NCBI GenBank assembly: GCA_016184315.1
Contig: JACPCU010000020.1
Location: 21,025 to 85,024, forward strand
DNA length: 64,000 nucleotides
Direction: 5' to 3'
Origin: Nitrososphaerota archaeon
GTDB lineage: Archaea; Thermoproteota; Nitrososphaeria; Nitrososphaerales; JACQRY01
Below are positions 36,530 to 46,836 of the stretch, piece by piece. The notes under the pieces were generated by a model. It saw only the letters and a program-made list of their open reading frames with translations. It did no database searches and was not told the origin of the DNA. Positions within the stretch are counted from its first letter, which is position 1, and each line of letters opens with the position of its first letter. The position numbers and the translations under genes were made by a program.

Positions 36530-37294
36530 TCAAGCTCCACCTTTGATCCAGCCGTAACCCTTCTCCTCCAATTGATCAGCCAGCTCCTTCCCTCCTGAAT
36601 GAACGATCTTCCCTTCGAACATCACGTGCACGAATTGGGGTGAAATGTAACGAAGGATTCTCTGGTAGTGAGTGATGATAGCTACACCCAGATCCGGGCC
36701 TGCCAGCTTGTTCACGCCTTCAGCAACAACTTTCAGAGCGTCGATGTCTAGACCAGTATCCGTCTCATCGAGCACTGCTATTCGGGGCTCCAGCATAGCC
36801 ATCTGCAGTATCTCGCACTTCTTCTTCTCTCCGCCGGAGAATCCTTCGTTCAAATACCTGCTTGTGAAAGAAGGGTCGATCTGAAGCAGATTGAGCTTCT
36901 GATCTAGTGTTCTTTTGAACTGGATGAAGGGAACACCGCCCTTCCCAGGTGTGCCATTGGGGCTATGAATAGAGTCGTAAGATGAGCGTAAGAAGCTTGT
37001 CAAGTTTACACCTGAGACTGTAACGGGGTATTGGAATGCTAAGAAGAGGCCTTTGCGAGCCCTCTTGTCGGCTGTTAGTCCCCCTATGCTCTCGCCGTTC
37101 AAAATTATTTCCCCGTTGTTTATTTTGTATCGGGGGTGGCCCATTATTGTGTATGCTAGGGTGCTCTTCCCCGAGCCGTTTGGGCCCATTATCGCGTGGA
37201 TTTCTCCCTGCTTTACTTTGAAGTTGACGCCCTTCAGTATTTGTTTCCCGTCTACGCTGACGTGTAGATCTTTGACTTCGAGTTCATACACCAT
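36530..37294 (-). CDS. sufC: Fe-S cluster assembly ATPase SufC
   Basis: Walker A GPNGSGKST, signature FSGGEKKK, Walker B AVLDETDTGLD. Confidence 0.95.
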   Translation of the reverse strand: MVYELEVKDLHVSVDGKQILKGVNFKVKQGEIHAIMGPNGSGKSTLAYTIMGHPRYKINNGEIILNGESIGGLTADKRARKGLFLAFQYPVTVSGVNLTSFLRSSYDSIHSPNGTPGKGGVPFIQFKRTLDQKLNLLQIDPSFTSRYLNEGFSGGEKKKCEILQMAMLEPRIAVLDETDTGLDIDALKVVAEGVNKLAGPDLGVAIITHYQRILRYISPQFVHVMFEGKIVHSGGKELADQLEEKGYGWIKGGA

Positions 37295-37307
37295 GTTCTC
37301 AACGCAT

Positions 37308-37324
37308 CTATAACGGCGTTATAG
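37308..37324. promoter_or_regulatory. perfect 7-3-7 palindrome between the TATA-like element and the sufC start (candidate operator)
   Basis: CTATAAC-GGC-GTTATAG lies 14 nt upstream of the sufC ATG. AT-rich TATA-like sequence lies further upstream, within the divergent region shared with the PAC2 gene. Confidence 0.3.
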
Positions 37325-37406
37325 AAGATATTTAAGTGTTTAAAGACATTGTGCATCAACTGTGCTGTAAAGATAAAAGCCGGAAGTAGCAACAAGGAGG
37401 GTTGGA

Positions 37407-38165
37407 ATGACGGACGACGATATTAGAATCATAGATGTCAGGAAGCCCTCATCTGATCGACCGATAGTGGTAGAAGGCTTACCGGATGTAGGGTTAGTAG
37501 GCGCCTTAGCTGCTTCACATCTCGTAGATGAGCTGGGCCTTGAAGAAGTTGCTCATGTGGAGAGTAGCTTGCTGCCCCCAGTCATGGTTCTCCATAAGGG
37601 AGTATTATCGGATCCGATTCGTATTTTAGGTAACGGGAAGGCTCCAATCCTTGTTCTCATGTCTGAGGTTGCTATCCCACCGTATTTCGTTCACGGTCTG
37701 GCTGAAACCGTGGTTGGATGGCTTGTGGGCAAGAAAGTTAGCACTTTGATCTCTTTAGGGGGGATACCTGCGCAGAACAGGGTGGACATCGAGACTCCAT
37801 CTGTCTTCGGCGTTGCCAACGGGGATCAGGCTCGGGACTCTCTTACGAAGGCGAATGTGGAGGTTATGCAGGAAGGTTTCATCGCTGGAGCATACGCTCT
37901 TCTCTTGAAGAACTGCAGGAGAAATAATATCCCAGCTATGGCTCTCCTAGCTCAGGCTCATCTGAACTATCCTGACCCCGGTGCTGCCGCGTCGGTACTA
38001 CAGGTCTTGAACAACATTCTAGACCTAAAGGTCAATGTGGGGGTACTTCTACAGAAGGCTGACGAACTCAGGTTGAGGACGAGGGACTTGATGAGACAGG
38101 CTCAGAAAACCATACAAGGCATGGGTAAGATGAGCGAGCAGGAAATACCTCTGATGTACAGTTAA
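37407..38165 (+). CDS. PAC2-family proteasome assembly chaperone-like protein
   Basis: IVVEGLPDVGLVGALAASHLVDELGLEEVAHVES.. is typical of the archaeal PAC2/COG1938 family. Confidence 0.75.
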   Translation: MTDDDIRIIDVRKPSSDRPIVVEGLPDVGLVGALAASHLVDELGLEEVAHVESSLLPPVMVLHKGVLSDPIRILGNGKAPILVLMSEVAIPPYFVHGLAETVVGWLVGKKVSTLISLGGIPAQNRVDIETPSVFGVANGDQARDSLTKANVEVMQEGFIAGAYALLLKNCRRNNIPAMALLAQAHLNYPDPGAAASVLQVLNNILDLKVNVGVLLQKADELRLRTRDLMRQAQKTIQGMGKMSEQEIPLMYS

Positions 38166-38186
38166 CGGAGGCGAACACGGGGGGAC

Positions 38187-38597
38187 ATGTCAGAAGGTTA
38201 TTCCGACTGGTTTGATGAATTGTATGAGAGGGTTAGACGTGAGGCGCTGCGACCTCTCTGGGATATTGCTGAAGGATGCCTAGAGCCACTTGTAGATGTC
38301 CATGAGTTGGAGAAAGAGATAGTCATAACAGCAGATCTTCCATGTGTGCAGAGTAAAGACGACATTTCGATCAAGGCATATGAAGACAGCGTCGAACTTG
38401 AAGCCAGTATGGATAGAGGAATCATATGGGAGAACTGGGGGACTGTACAGCGGCATCTACACTTCAGAACCTTCAAGAAGCGCATCCGACTCAGATCTAA
38501 AACAGATCCTAAGAAGGCGAAGGCATCCTTCAAACAAGGGATTCTCACACTGAGACTGCCGAAGGTTTCTAGGGGTGTTCCCGTCGAAGTACGCTAA
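38187..38597 (+). CDS. hsp20: small heat-shock protein (Hsp20/alpha-crystallin)
   Basis: Contains VDVHELEKEIVITADLPCV and KASFKQGILTLRLPK. Confidence 0.9.
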   Translation: MSEGYSDWFDELYERVRREALRPLWDIAEGCLEPLVDVHELEKEIVITADLPCVQSKDDISIKAYEDSVELEASMDRGIIWENWGTVQRHLHFRTFKKRIRLRSKTDPKKAKASFKQGILTLRLPKVSRGVPVEVR

Positions 38598-38703
38598 GGC
38601 AGCCCTCCCATGACAATACCCAAGGAACTTGGAACCGGTTTCCACTGGTAAAGGTTAATTGAACCCCATTTACCGAAGCTTTTCTAGAACACGCTGAGTC
38701 TTA

Positions 38704-39705
38704 ATGATACAAATAGACGCGGAAAGAATCTTCAAAGAGATCGAAGAAAAGAAACCCAAAAGAGTCACTCTGAATGCCCCTGACGGCATCCTAAAGGAAA
38801 CTCTCTCCATCGCCTCCCAAATAGGCGCCAAATACGGCATCGAAGCCATCCTGATGGGTGACTCCTGCTACGGCACCTGCGACACCACTGACGACGATGT
38901 GGCGAGGCTCGGCGCAGATATTGCGTTCAACATAGGTCACACGATCTCGCTTCAGAAACTAGGCAAGCACACAGTTCTCATAGATGCTTTCGATGACATG
39001 CCGTTTGACAAAGTATTAGGGAAGGCTCTGCCTACACTGAAGAGTTTCCAGAAGATCGGGGTGGTTACCTCAAGCCAGCACCTGCCTCAAGTAAGCAAGG
39101 CCAAAGCCTTCCTTGAGGAAAACGGGTTGACCCCTGTAATCGGAAAAGGCAAAGGCCAACTCCTAGATGGACAAGTGTTCGGATGCGAGTTTTACCCCGC
39201 TTTCAACATAAGAGAACAGGCTGATGCTTTCATATTTCTAGGTCAGAGCAGGTTCCACGCTCTAGGCGTAGCCCTGTCCACAGGTAAACCGACCTTCATG
39301 CTTGACCCCTACATGGAGGAAATAGTAGACATGGAGTCATCAGCAAGCGAACGGCAAAAGAAAGCAATCCTCAGAGTATACAAGGCTCTCGACGCGGAGA
39401 GAATAGGCATAATCATCGGTCTCAAAGAAGGGCAAATCATGGTGAGACGCTCCTTGGATCTCAAAAAGAAACTGGAATCCTTGGGGAAGAAAGTCGATCT
39501 AATAGCAATGAGGGAAGTTACAGACATGCGTCTAGCAGCCTTCAGAAACATAGACGCCTTCATCCAGACCGCCTGTCCACGCATATCTGTAGACGGGGAG
39601 ACCTTTGACAGACCAGTACTATCCTCCCCCCAAGCAGAAGCCCTCATCCTGCTCCTTGAAGGCAAGGATCTGGGGATGTTCCTGCAGAGAGGACACTGGC
39701 TGTAA
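38704..39705 (+). CDS. dph2: diphthamide synthesis radical-SAM enzyme Dph2
   Basis: 333 aa. Contains LMGDSCYGTCDTTDDD, GQSRFHALGVAL and QTACPRISVD. Confidence 0.9.
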   Translation: MIQIDAERIFKEIEEKKPKRVTLNAPDGILKETLSIASQIGAKYGIEAILMGDSCYGTCDTTDDDVARLGADIAFNIGHTISLQKLGKHTVLIDAFDDMPFDKVLGKALPTLKSFQKIGVVTSSQHLPQVSKAKAFLEENGLTPVIGKGKGQLLDGQVFGCEFYPAFNIREQADAFIFLGQSRFHALGVALSTGKPTFMLDPYMEEIVDMESSASERQKKAILRVYKALDAERIGIIIGLKEGQIMVRRSLDLKKKLESLGKKVDLIAMREVTDMRLAAFRNIDAFIQTACPRISVDGETFDRPVLSSPQAEALILLLEGKDLGMFLQRGHWL

Positions 39706-39998
39706 GGAGGGTTCTGTTCTATTTCAGATGCTCCTAGAAAATCCAGACCCGGCCAGCCCACCCCTAACCGAAGACATCCATTATCCTCCTTCATTTATAT
39801 AACCCCCTAGGCTATTCTTACACCAGCGCAAACACCAACACACATCAATTATCAGACACTTGGTAGAAAACATATACGAAAACTAACTATAATCAACTGT
39901 CATCAACATGATTACGAAATCTACTACGACAACCAAAACCCCGAGGAGAACAAGATTCAAACAATTAATACTACCCATATTTACTGGGAAGATGGAAA

Positions 39999-40568
39999 TT
40001 GAGTTCGAAGACTGTTGTGCCGGGCGACAAGCTCGGCGTGATAGAGGAGTTTGAAGCTGGGGAAGGCGCTTTGACGCATGACGGCATAGTTAGAGCTGCT
40101 TCCGTCGGCCAAGTGAAGCTGGACCTGAAGAAACACGTTGTAGCCATAGGTAAAGTTAGGCAGGGCACGCTGATACCGGTTCCCGGAGACTCAATCATAG
40201 GCAAAGTTGAGTCAGCTCAAAGTTCAGCTGCAAACGTATTGATCCTTTCCGTCAACGATAAGACAAATCGCGGCGGTTTCACTGGCTTAGCCTTGTTCAA
40301 AATAGGTAGACCCATGGGGAGGGGCAGGCAGCGCAGAACCACTGCCTGTAAGACTGGAGACTTGGTTCGGGCTACAGTCATAAGTGACAAGAACACGATC
40401 ATACATATCTCTCTAGACGGCCCCAGAGACGGGGTTATCTACGCTGTGTGCAGCATATGCGGAGGCGCCCTCTTCAGAGCTAACAACAGCGCCAAATGCG
40501 ATACATGCGGCAACATAGAGGACAGGAAGCTAGCGCCAGACTTCGGAAACATGGATCTTAAACTTTAG
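39999..40568 (+). CDS. csl4: exosome complex RNA-binding protein Csl4
   Basis: N-terminus VVPGDKLGVIEEFEAGEGA, S1-like core, C-terminal Zn ribbon CSICG..CDTCG. Confidence 0.88.
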   Translation: MSSKTVVPGDKLGVIEEFEAGEGALTHDGIVRAASVGQVKLDLKKHVVAIGKVRQGTLIPVPGDSIIGKVESAQSSAANVLILSVNDKTNRGGFTGLALFKIGRPMGRGRQRRTTACKTGDLVRATVISDKNTIIHISLDGPRDGVIYAVCSICGGALFRANNSAKCDTCGNIEDRKLAPDFGNMDLKL

Positions 40569-40636
40569 CATAACACCTAGGCTTCGGAAAGATTTTAGTC
40601 CAAGAGGTTAGGCGACTAAGGAGGCTAGCTGAGACC

Positions 40637-41563
40637 ATGGGCATGTCGTCAGATGAAGTCAAATACGTTTGGTTCAACGGTTCCTTCGTCCCTTACTCCG
40701 AGGCTAAAGTCCCTATCCTAACCCATGCTTTGCACTACGGCACGGGGGTCTTCGAAGGCATCAGAGCCTACCCGACTGACAACAATGTCTGCATCTTCCG
40801 ACTCAAAGAACATGTCGTAAGAATGCTTAACTCAGCTAAAGTCTACCAGTTCAAAACACAGTATACCGAAGAAGAGCTGAGCGGAGCCACCGTAGAGCTT
40901 CTCAGGAAGAACCAGATAAAGGGCTCAGCCTACATAAGACCCATCATATTCGTCGGAGCAAGACCCGGCGGCATAGAATTGGGCTACTCAGGGTTCCCCG
41001 TCTGGGCAGCCATAGTGGTCTTCCCGTTCAAAGCCTACTTCGACAAGGCTGAGCTAAGAGTATGCGTCTCCCAGTGGAGAAGAATATCGGAGCAGTCTTT
41101 GGCGCCCCAAGTGAAGGCTTGCGCCAACTACCTTAACTCCGCCATAGCCAAATTCGAAGCCAAAGCCAACGGCTATGATGAAGCCATCCTGCTGGACAAC
41201 ACCGGCTCAGTAAGCGAAGGCTCAGGAGAAAACATCTTCATCGTGAGGAACGGCAAGCTCTACACTCCGCCAATAGCGTCAGGAATCCTTGAAGGCATCA
41301 CTAGGGATAGCGTGTTTCACATCGCGAAGGATCTGAATATTGAGCTGACTGAGAGAGGAGTCGCCAGGGCTGAGCTATACACCTGCGACGAACTGTTCTT
41401 CACAGGAACAGCTGCAGGAGTAACCCCCATACTAGAGGTTGACAAACGACCAGTAGGCAACGGCGAAGTAGGTCCAGTCACAAAACTGATCAAAGAAGAA
41501 TACAACAAAATCGTCAACGGAAAATCCAAGAAATACGCCCAGTGGTTGACACCCATATACTAA
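40637..41563 (+). CDS. ilvE: branched-chain amino acid aminotransferase
   Basis: Contains HALHYGTGVFEGIRAY, KACANYLNS and GITRDSV. Confidence 0.95.
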   Translation: MGMSSDEVKYVWFNGSFVPYSEAKVPILTHALHYGTGVFEGIRAYPTDNNVCIFRLKEHVVRMLNSAKVYQFKTQYTEEELSGATVELLRKNQIKGSAYIRPIIFVGARPGGIELGYSGFPVWAAIVVFPFKAYFDKAELRVCVSQWRRISEQSLAPQVKACANYLNSAIAKFEAKANGYDEAILLDNTGSVSEGSGENIFIVRNGKLYTPPIASGILEGITRDSVFHIAKDLNIELTERGVARAELYTCDELFFTGTAAGVTPILEVDKRPVGNGEVGPVTKLIKEEYNKIVNGKSKKYAQWLTPIY

Positions 41564-41580
41564 CAGGCCAAGGTAACCGA

Positions 41581-42414
41581 TTGCCACGTAAAGACAACCG
41601 AGGAAAAATAGCTTTTCAAGGCGAAAGAGGAGCCTACAGCGAGGCTGCAGCCTACAAATACTTCGGCCCATCCACAGAACTGCTCCCCCTAAGAACCCTC
41701 TCAGAAGTATTCCACGCAGTAGAAGAAAGAGAAGTAAGATCAGCCATAGTTCCCGTTGAAAACTCCTTGGAAGGCAGCGTAAGCGAAACCTACGACCTGC
41801 TCCGCACCACCAACGTCAAGGTAAGAGGAGAAGTAAACCTCAGGATCGTCCACTGCCTCATCGCCAGACCAAACGTAGCACTCAAAGACGTCAAGATCGT
41901 CTACTCACACCCCCAAGCCCTAGGACAGACAAGGCAGTTCATCGAGAAGCGCCACCTGACCCCCCAGCCCACCTACGACACAGCAGGCAGCGTAATGATG
42001 CTCAAAGAAGCCTCCAAATCAGTAGCCGCCATAGCCAGCGCCCACGCAGCCGAAATCTACGGTATGAAAGTCCTGAAAAAAGGCATAGAGGACAACCACA
42101 ACAACTACACTCGTTTCTTCATCCTCTCGCTAAGAGACGCCCCGAAAACAGGCAGCGACAAAACCTCCATAATCTTCTCAGCTAAACACATCCCCGGCTC
42201 ACTATACCGCATACTAGGAGAATTCGCCAAACGAAACCTGAACCTCACAAAGATAGAGTCACGACCCACTCGCAGAACACCATGGGAATACAACTTCTAC
42301 CTCGACTTCGAAGGCCACAGAACAGACAAGAAATGCGTCGATGCACTAAAACAAGTTCAGAAAAAGACCGTCTTTCTAAAAGTCATCGGCTCCTACCCAA
42401 AAGCCGAACTCTAA
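41581..42414 (+). CDS. pheA: prephenate dehydratase
   Basis: IAFQGERGAYSEAAA and VPVENSLEGSV, plus a C-terminal ACT domain (SLYRILGEFAKRNLNLTKIESRP). I prefer the TTG at 41581 over the tracked GTG at 41542, which overlaps ilvE. Confidence 0.9.
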   Translation: MPRKDNRGKIAFQGERGAYSEAAAYKYFGPSTELLPLRTLSEVFHAVEEREVRSAIVPVENSLEGSVSETYDLLRTTNVKVRGEVNLRIVHCLIARPNVALKDVKIVYSHPQALGQTRQFIEKRHLTPQPTYDTAGSVMMLKEASKSVAAIASAHAAEIYGMKVLKKGIEDNHNNYTRFFILSLRDAPKTGSDKTSIIFSAKHIPGSLYRILGEFAKRNLNLTKIESRPTRRTPWEYNFYLDFEGHRTDKKCVDALKQVQKKTVFLKVIGSYPKAEL

Positions 42415-42531
42415 ACACACCCCATCCCAACCTGTCTTCGTGTTACCCCCTTAACGTATTCTGCACAAACATATGCAAACAGCAACCGTTGAAACTTAAC
42501 GATTAAAGATAACCCCAGTGAAGACGGCTTT

Positions 42532-42948
42532 ATGGCCAAATGGCTATTCAAAGAAGAACCAACGCACTACTCCTTCAATCAACTACAGAAAGATGGGAAA
42601 ACCATGTGGGACGGAGTCGAAAACAACCTCGCCCTGAAGAATATCAGAAGCGTGAAGAAAGGCGACCAAGCGTTATACTACCATACGGGAGACGAAAAAG
42701 CCGTCGTAGGCATAATGAAAGTCGTATCAGACTCCTACCCAGATCCAAAGAAACATGACCCCAAGCTCGCAGTAGTGGATGTTCAGCCAGAAAAAAATCT
42801 GAAACGACCTGTAACATTAAGGGAGATCAAAGCTAACCCTAAGCTTAAGAGCATAGACCTGGTAAGACTACCAAGGTTATCCGTGATGCCCATTACAGAA
42901 GACGCGTGGAATGAGATTCTGGCCATGACTGAGAAGCCAATTCGATGA
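42532..42948 (+). CDS. EVE (PUA-like) domain protein
   Basis: Contains AKWLFKEEPTHYSF..MWDGVENNLALKNIRSVKKGDQALYYHTG. Confidence 0.88.
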   Translation: MAKWLFKEEPTHYSFNQLQKDGKTMWDGVENNLALKNIRSVKKGDQALYYHTGDEKAVVGIMKVVSDSYPDPKKHDPKLAVVDVQPEKNLKRPVTLREIKANPKLKSIDLVRLPRLSVMPITEDAWNEILAMTEKPIR

Positions 42949-42965
42949 TCGGGAAGTGAATCTGG

Positions 42966-43349
42966 TTGAACCCTTGGTTGAAAAGACGATGGTGGGAACT
43001 CAGAGTAGGACACGGCAGCTACTTGGTCTTCGCCTTAACTTTCGTCAACTTCGTCCTGATCGCATACCGTCTGCTAATCGAACAGGTACCCCAATTAAAC
43101 GCCGTATTTCCACACCTTTGGCTCTTCGCCATAATCTTCCTCATAGTTTACGCACCTGCAGCAGTGCTAATAGGACACTGGCACAAGAAGTCTCAGCTCC
43201 CCACCGAGCAGGACATAGGCTTCCTATCCAGTCCCTTATGGGCCAGGCTCTACCGGCTTCAGCTGCAAGTCATGCAGGGCACAGCAAGCAAAGAAGAAGT
43301 CGAACAGATGATGCAGATTCTCAGAAAAGCTGAGAAAGCAGGCACATAA
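42966..43349 (+). CDS. small membrane protein
   Basis: 127 aa with two clear TM helices. Preferred over the overlapping 42956 ORF, which is Arg/Ser-rich. Confidence 0.5.
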   Translation: MNPWLKRRWWELRVGHGSYLVFALTFVNFVLIAYRLLIEQVPQLNAVFPHLWLFAIIFLIVYAPAAVLIGHWHKKSQLPTEQDIGFLSSPLWARLYRLQLQVMQGTASKEEVEQMMQILRKAEKAGT

Positions 43350-43411
43350 CAAATCACCATGTTCTGGGAAAGAGTATAACTACTGTCAACCAAGAAAAGT
43401 GTATAGTATCT

Positions 43412-45232
43412 ATGTGTGGAATAGGCGGCTGCCTAGGTGAACAAGCAACCCCCGACCAAATGAAAAAGATGTCAGTGCTCATCAAACACAGGGGGCCAGA
43501 CGACTATGGAGAATTCACAGACAAAGAAATAGCCCTATTCAACAACAGGCTCAGCATCATAGACATAGAAGGCGGCCGTCAACCCATATTCAACGAAGAC
43601 GGAAACGTAGTGGTAGTCTACAACGGAGAGATATACAACTTCCCTGAACTAAGACAAGAATTAGAAAAAAAAGGGCATCACTTCAAAACCCGAACCGACA
43701 CCGAAGTCATAGCCCACGGATACGAAGAATACGGTACATCAATCTTCCCCAAGCTCAACGGCATGTTCGCCATAGCCCTCTGGGACAGAAAACAGAAGAG
43801 ACTATTACTCGTAAGGGACAGAGTAGGGATCAAACCTCTCTACTACTCAAAGATGAAGGACAACCTCGTTTTCTGCAGTGAAATGAAGGGCATTCTAGCC
43901 CACCATGAGATCTCGCCATCTGTGAACAAGTACGCTCTTTACTGTCTGATCAGCCTAAACTACATCCCCTTCGAACATACGCTTCTCAAAGACGTACTCA
44001 AGGTTCCGCCAGGACACTACTTCGACTCGCTGAACGGAGTGACCCGATACTGGACTCCCCCAGCATTAGATGAAGCCCATTCTCCCAATATGGAGACGAT
44101 TAGAAGAGCAGTCGAGGAGTCTGTGAAAAGACAGCTCATTTCAGACGTCCCAGTCGGCTCTTTCCTATCGGGCGGCTTGGACACCAGCACCATTGTAGCT
44201 TTTGCATCAAAGCACTACCAAGGAAAACTCAAGACCTTCTGCATGGGCTTCGGCCACGAAGATGACGAACTTGAAGATGCGAAGCTAGTAGCTGAACACT
44301 TCGGCACAGACCATTACAGCATGACCATCACCGACAAGGCTGCCCTAGACCTATACCCAAAGATGATATGGCACTCAGAGCAGCCTAAACTCAACACCTA
44401 CAGCTGGTTCGTCAATGAGTTTGCCAGCAAGCATGTCAAGGTGTGTCTTAGTGGGCTCGGAGGAGACGAGCTCTTCTTCGGCTACCCGACGTCAAGCAGA
44501 TTCACAGGCTTCAAAAGAGCCCAACAATTGATGAATCTTCCCGGTTCATCTCTTCTAGCCGTATTTGCAAGTGGCAGGAGAAGACAGATACTGTCCAACA
44601 TAAGAAAGCGGTCAGACACCTACCTGTCTATTGTATCACCAGTTTATGGTCGCAACGATCATCAATACTTCTCCTCCCCTAAGGAAGAAGTAGAAGCCTA
44701 TCGCGGAAACCTTACCGGCAAAGTCAACCAGTTTTTCCAGTCAGAAGCAAGTTTTGTTCAACAGGCCTACAACGCAGAGTTCTTCACTAAACTGCCCGAT
44801 GACTTCCTTTCAGTGGAGGATGCCATGAGCATGGCACAGTCATTGGAGAACAGGGTTCCTCTTTTGGATAATGATCTCCTCGACACCATGCTTCCAGTTC
44901 CATACGCCAGTAACTATTCGGGTGGAGTAGGCAAGGTCTTGCTTAGGCAAGCAGTAAAAGATGTTTTGCCCAGAAGATGTCTGGAGAAGCCCAAGCAAGG
45001 CTTCAGCCTAAACATAGTGGAGTGGTGGAAGACAGAACTGGGAGAAGAAATAAGGAGAATAATCCCAGAGTCTAAAGCTGTCAAGAAATTCTTTAGCGTA
45101 GAGAAGCTAAAGCAGATGATCCCACAAGCCCACGAGTCCTATGGCCAGGTATCCATCCTGTGGCACGTGTATGCTTTCCACATTTGGCATGACCTTTTCA
45201 TTGATAAGGAACAACATAGATTAGGTAACTGA
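43412..45232 (+). CDS. asnB: asparagine synthase (glutamine-hydrolysing)-like amidotransferase
   Basis: N-terminal MCGI (Cys2 nucleophile), and FLSGGLDTS PP-loop. Confidence 0.9.
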   Translation: MCGIGGCLGEQATPDQMKKMSVLIKHRGPDDYGEFTDKEIALFNNRLSIIDIEGGRQPIFNEDGNVVVVYNGEIYNFPELRQELEKKGHHFKTRTDTEVIAHGYEEYGTSIFPKLNGMFAIALWDRKQKRLLLVRDRVGIKPLYYSKMKDNLVFCSEMKGILAHHEISPSVNKYALYCLISLNYIPFEHTLLKDVLKVPPGHYFDSLNGVTRYWTPPALDEAHSPNMETIRRAVEESVKRQLISDVPVGSFLSGGLDTSTIVAFASKHYQGKLKTFCMGFGHEDDELEDAKLVAEHFGTDHYSMTITDKAALDLYPKMIWHSEQPKLNTYSWFVNEFASKHVKVCLSGLGGDELFFGYPTSSRFTGFKRAQQLMNLPGSSLLAVFASGRRRQILSNIRKRSDTYLSIVSPVYGRNDHQYFSSPKEEVEAYRGNLTGKVNQFFQSEASFVQQAYNAEFFTKLPDDFLSVEDAMSMAQSLENRVPLLDNDLLDTMLPVPYASNYSGGVGKVLLRQAVKDVLPRRCLEKPKQGFSLNIVEWWKTELGEEIRRIIPESKAVKKFFSVEKLKQMIPQAHESYGQVSILWHVYAFHIWHDLFIDKEQHRLGN

Positions 45233-45256
45233 CCACACTAGATAGGGTAATCAAAC

Positions 45257-45922
45257 ATGGTGGAATTCGACTATCAGTGGAAACACCTACCGAGCAAGAA
45301 TATAGAATACAATCAGGAAAGAGTCAAGGAACTGCTTAGTTTCACAGGTTTGGAGAAGTCTTTCTTCCAAGGCAAGAAATGTCTAGACTGCGGCTGCGGC
45401 AACGGCAGATACACATACGCCTTACTCCAACTCGGGGCATCACATGTTGACAGTTTCGATGTGAGTGAAAGAGCAGTCGAAGCATGCAGAAAGATTAACG
45501 ACAACGCGTACGTAGGTGATCTGATGCGCCTAGAACCTACCAAGGCTTATGGTTTTGTTCTCTGCTGGGGTGTTCTTCATCACACAAGTGATCCTCGGGT
45601 TGCGTTCAACAAGGTTTCCGCACAGGTCACGCCGAACGGCATACTGCACGTCATGCTGTACCACAAAGATACGCAGGGCATCTATAAGAAACATAGGCAG
45701 AAGTGGAAGACCCTGACAGAGGAAGAGCGGGTCAACTACGTAAGACGACTAGCTGAGGAACGCGGCGGGGATGCCCATGGTTGGTACGACGCCCTCAATC
45801 CCGAATACAACTGGTCATTCAGCGAAAAAGAAATAATTTGTTGGTTCAAAGAGGAAGACTTCGCCAATATAAGGCTAATCACAAAGCACAACATCAACGT
45901 CAATGGTGTAAAACAACAATAA
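45257..45922 (+). CDS. class I SAM-dependent methyltransferase
   Basis: Motif I CLDCGCGNGRY. Also CWGVLHHTSDPRVAF, which is shared with ORF 49026. Confidence 0.85.
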   Translation: MVEFDYQWKHLPSKNIEYNQERVKELLSFTGLEKSFFQGKKCLDCGCGNGRYTYALLQLGASHVDSFDVSERAVEACRKINDNAYVGDLMRLEPTKAYGFVLCWGVLHHTSDPRVAFNKVSAQVTPNGILHVMLYHKDTQGIYKKHRQKWKTLTEEERVNYVRRLAEERGGDAHGWYDALNPEYNWSFSEKEIICWFKEEDFANIRLITKHNINVNGVKQQ

Positions 45923-45947
45923 AGTATTCCAGCCGCTCGCTGCACAT

Positions 45948-46814
45948 CTAGTTCTGATTAGAACGTTTTGAAACTCTGCCTAGCAGAACAGTCATCAGCC
46001 TCCTCCTCTGAGTCCTAGCTACAAATGCCCGGAACTCGGGTGCAAAAGGCTTGTAAAACCCGTTATTCGGTCGGTCGACAAATCCCCTGAAATACTGCAT
46101 CAATATTCTAATTATAGATCTACGCGGAATGTCACCCACCGCCAAGTTCTTCACCCATCGAGCCACAAAGAAAACCGGATCATAGCCCAAGGTATGTCCC
46201 ATATGCCCCCATTCAACAAACCTATGGCTACCCACACCAAAGCTAGCAAGATGATCGTAACTTAAATCGCTGTAGCAAGCCACCCTTAAGCCTCTGCGGA
46301 GAGCCTCGTAAACCAGCCACGACTCGTATCCGCATTGCTCTGGGAACTGGTTGCCTATTAAACGGAGAAGTCTGTGTGAGACCATCCTTCCTGACCCCTC
46401 GGGAGGCTTCCATCCGTCCGGAGGATACTTGAGGCCACGTGAACCGCTTGCAACATCAACGTTTCCAGAAGCCATCTTGGTGATAAGCTGTTCAGCATAG
46501 TCATGTGGATAGCTGCAGTCATCTCCGCTGATCAGAACAAAGTCCGATGAGTCGATAAAGCTATTCTTGATTGCGAAGCTTAGACACGCGTTCCAGTTCT
46601 TTACTACCCTGCGAATATCGTATCCTTCATCTTCTCTGCGGAGCACGGTTAGGGGGACACTCTGGCTTCTAACAGGGTCAGCAGGGGGGTTGCTGCCATC
46701 GTCGAATATGATTATGTGTCGGGGAGGAACACTCTGTGCGTAAAGTGACTGCAGAGACGAATCTAGTATCTTGGCGCGGTTCCGTGTAGTCATAATCACC
46801 CAGTAATTTTTCAA
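45948..46814 (-). CDS. family 2 glycosyltransferase
   Basis: Contains VIMTTRNRAKILDSSLQSLYAQS..IIIFDDGS and a DxD-like GDD. Confidence 0.85.
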   Translation of the reverse strand: MKNYWVIMTTRNRAKILDSSLQSLYAQSVPPRHIIIFDDGSNPPADPVRSQSVPLTVLRREDEGYDIRRVVKNWNACLSFAIKNSFIDSSDFVLISGDDCSYPHDYAEQLITKMASGNVDVASGSRGLKYPPDGWKPPEGSGRMVSHRLLRLIGNQFPEQCGYESWLVYEALRRGLRVACYSDLSYDHLASFGVGSHRFVEWGHMGHTLGYDPVFFVARWVKNLAVGDIPRRSIIRILMQYFRGFVDRPNNGFYKPFAPEFRAFVARTQRRRLMTVLLGRVSKRSNQN

Positions 46815-46836
46815 CTAGATTCGAATCCCATTGATG

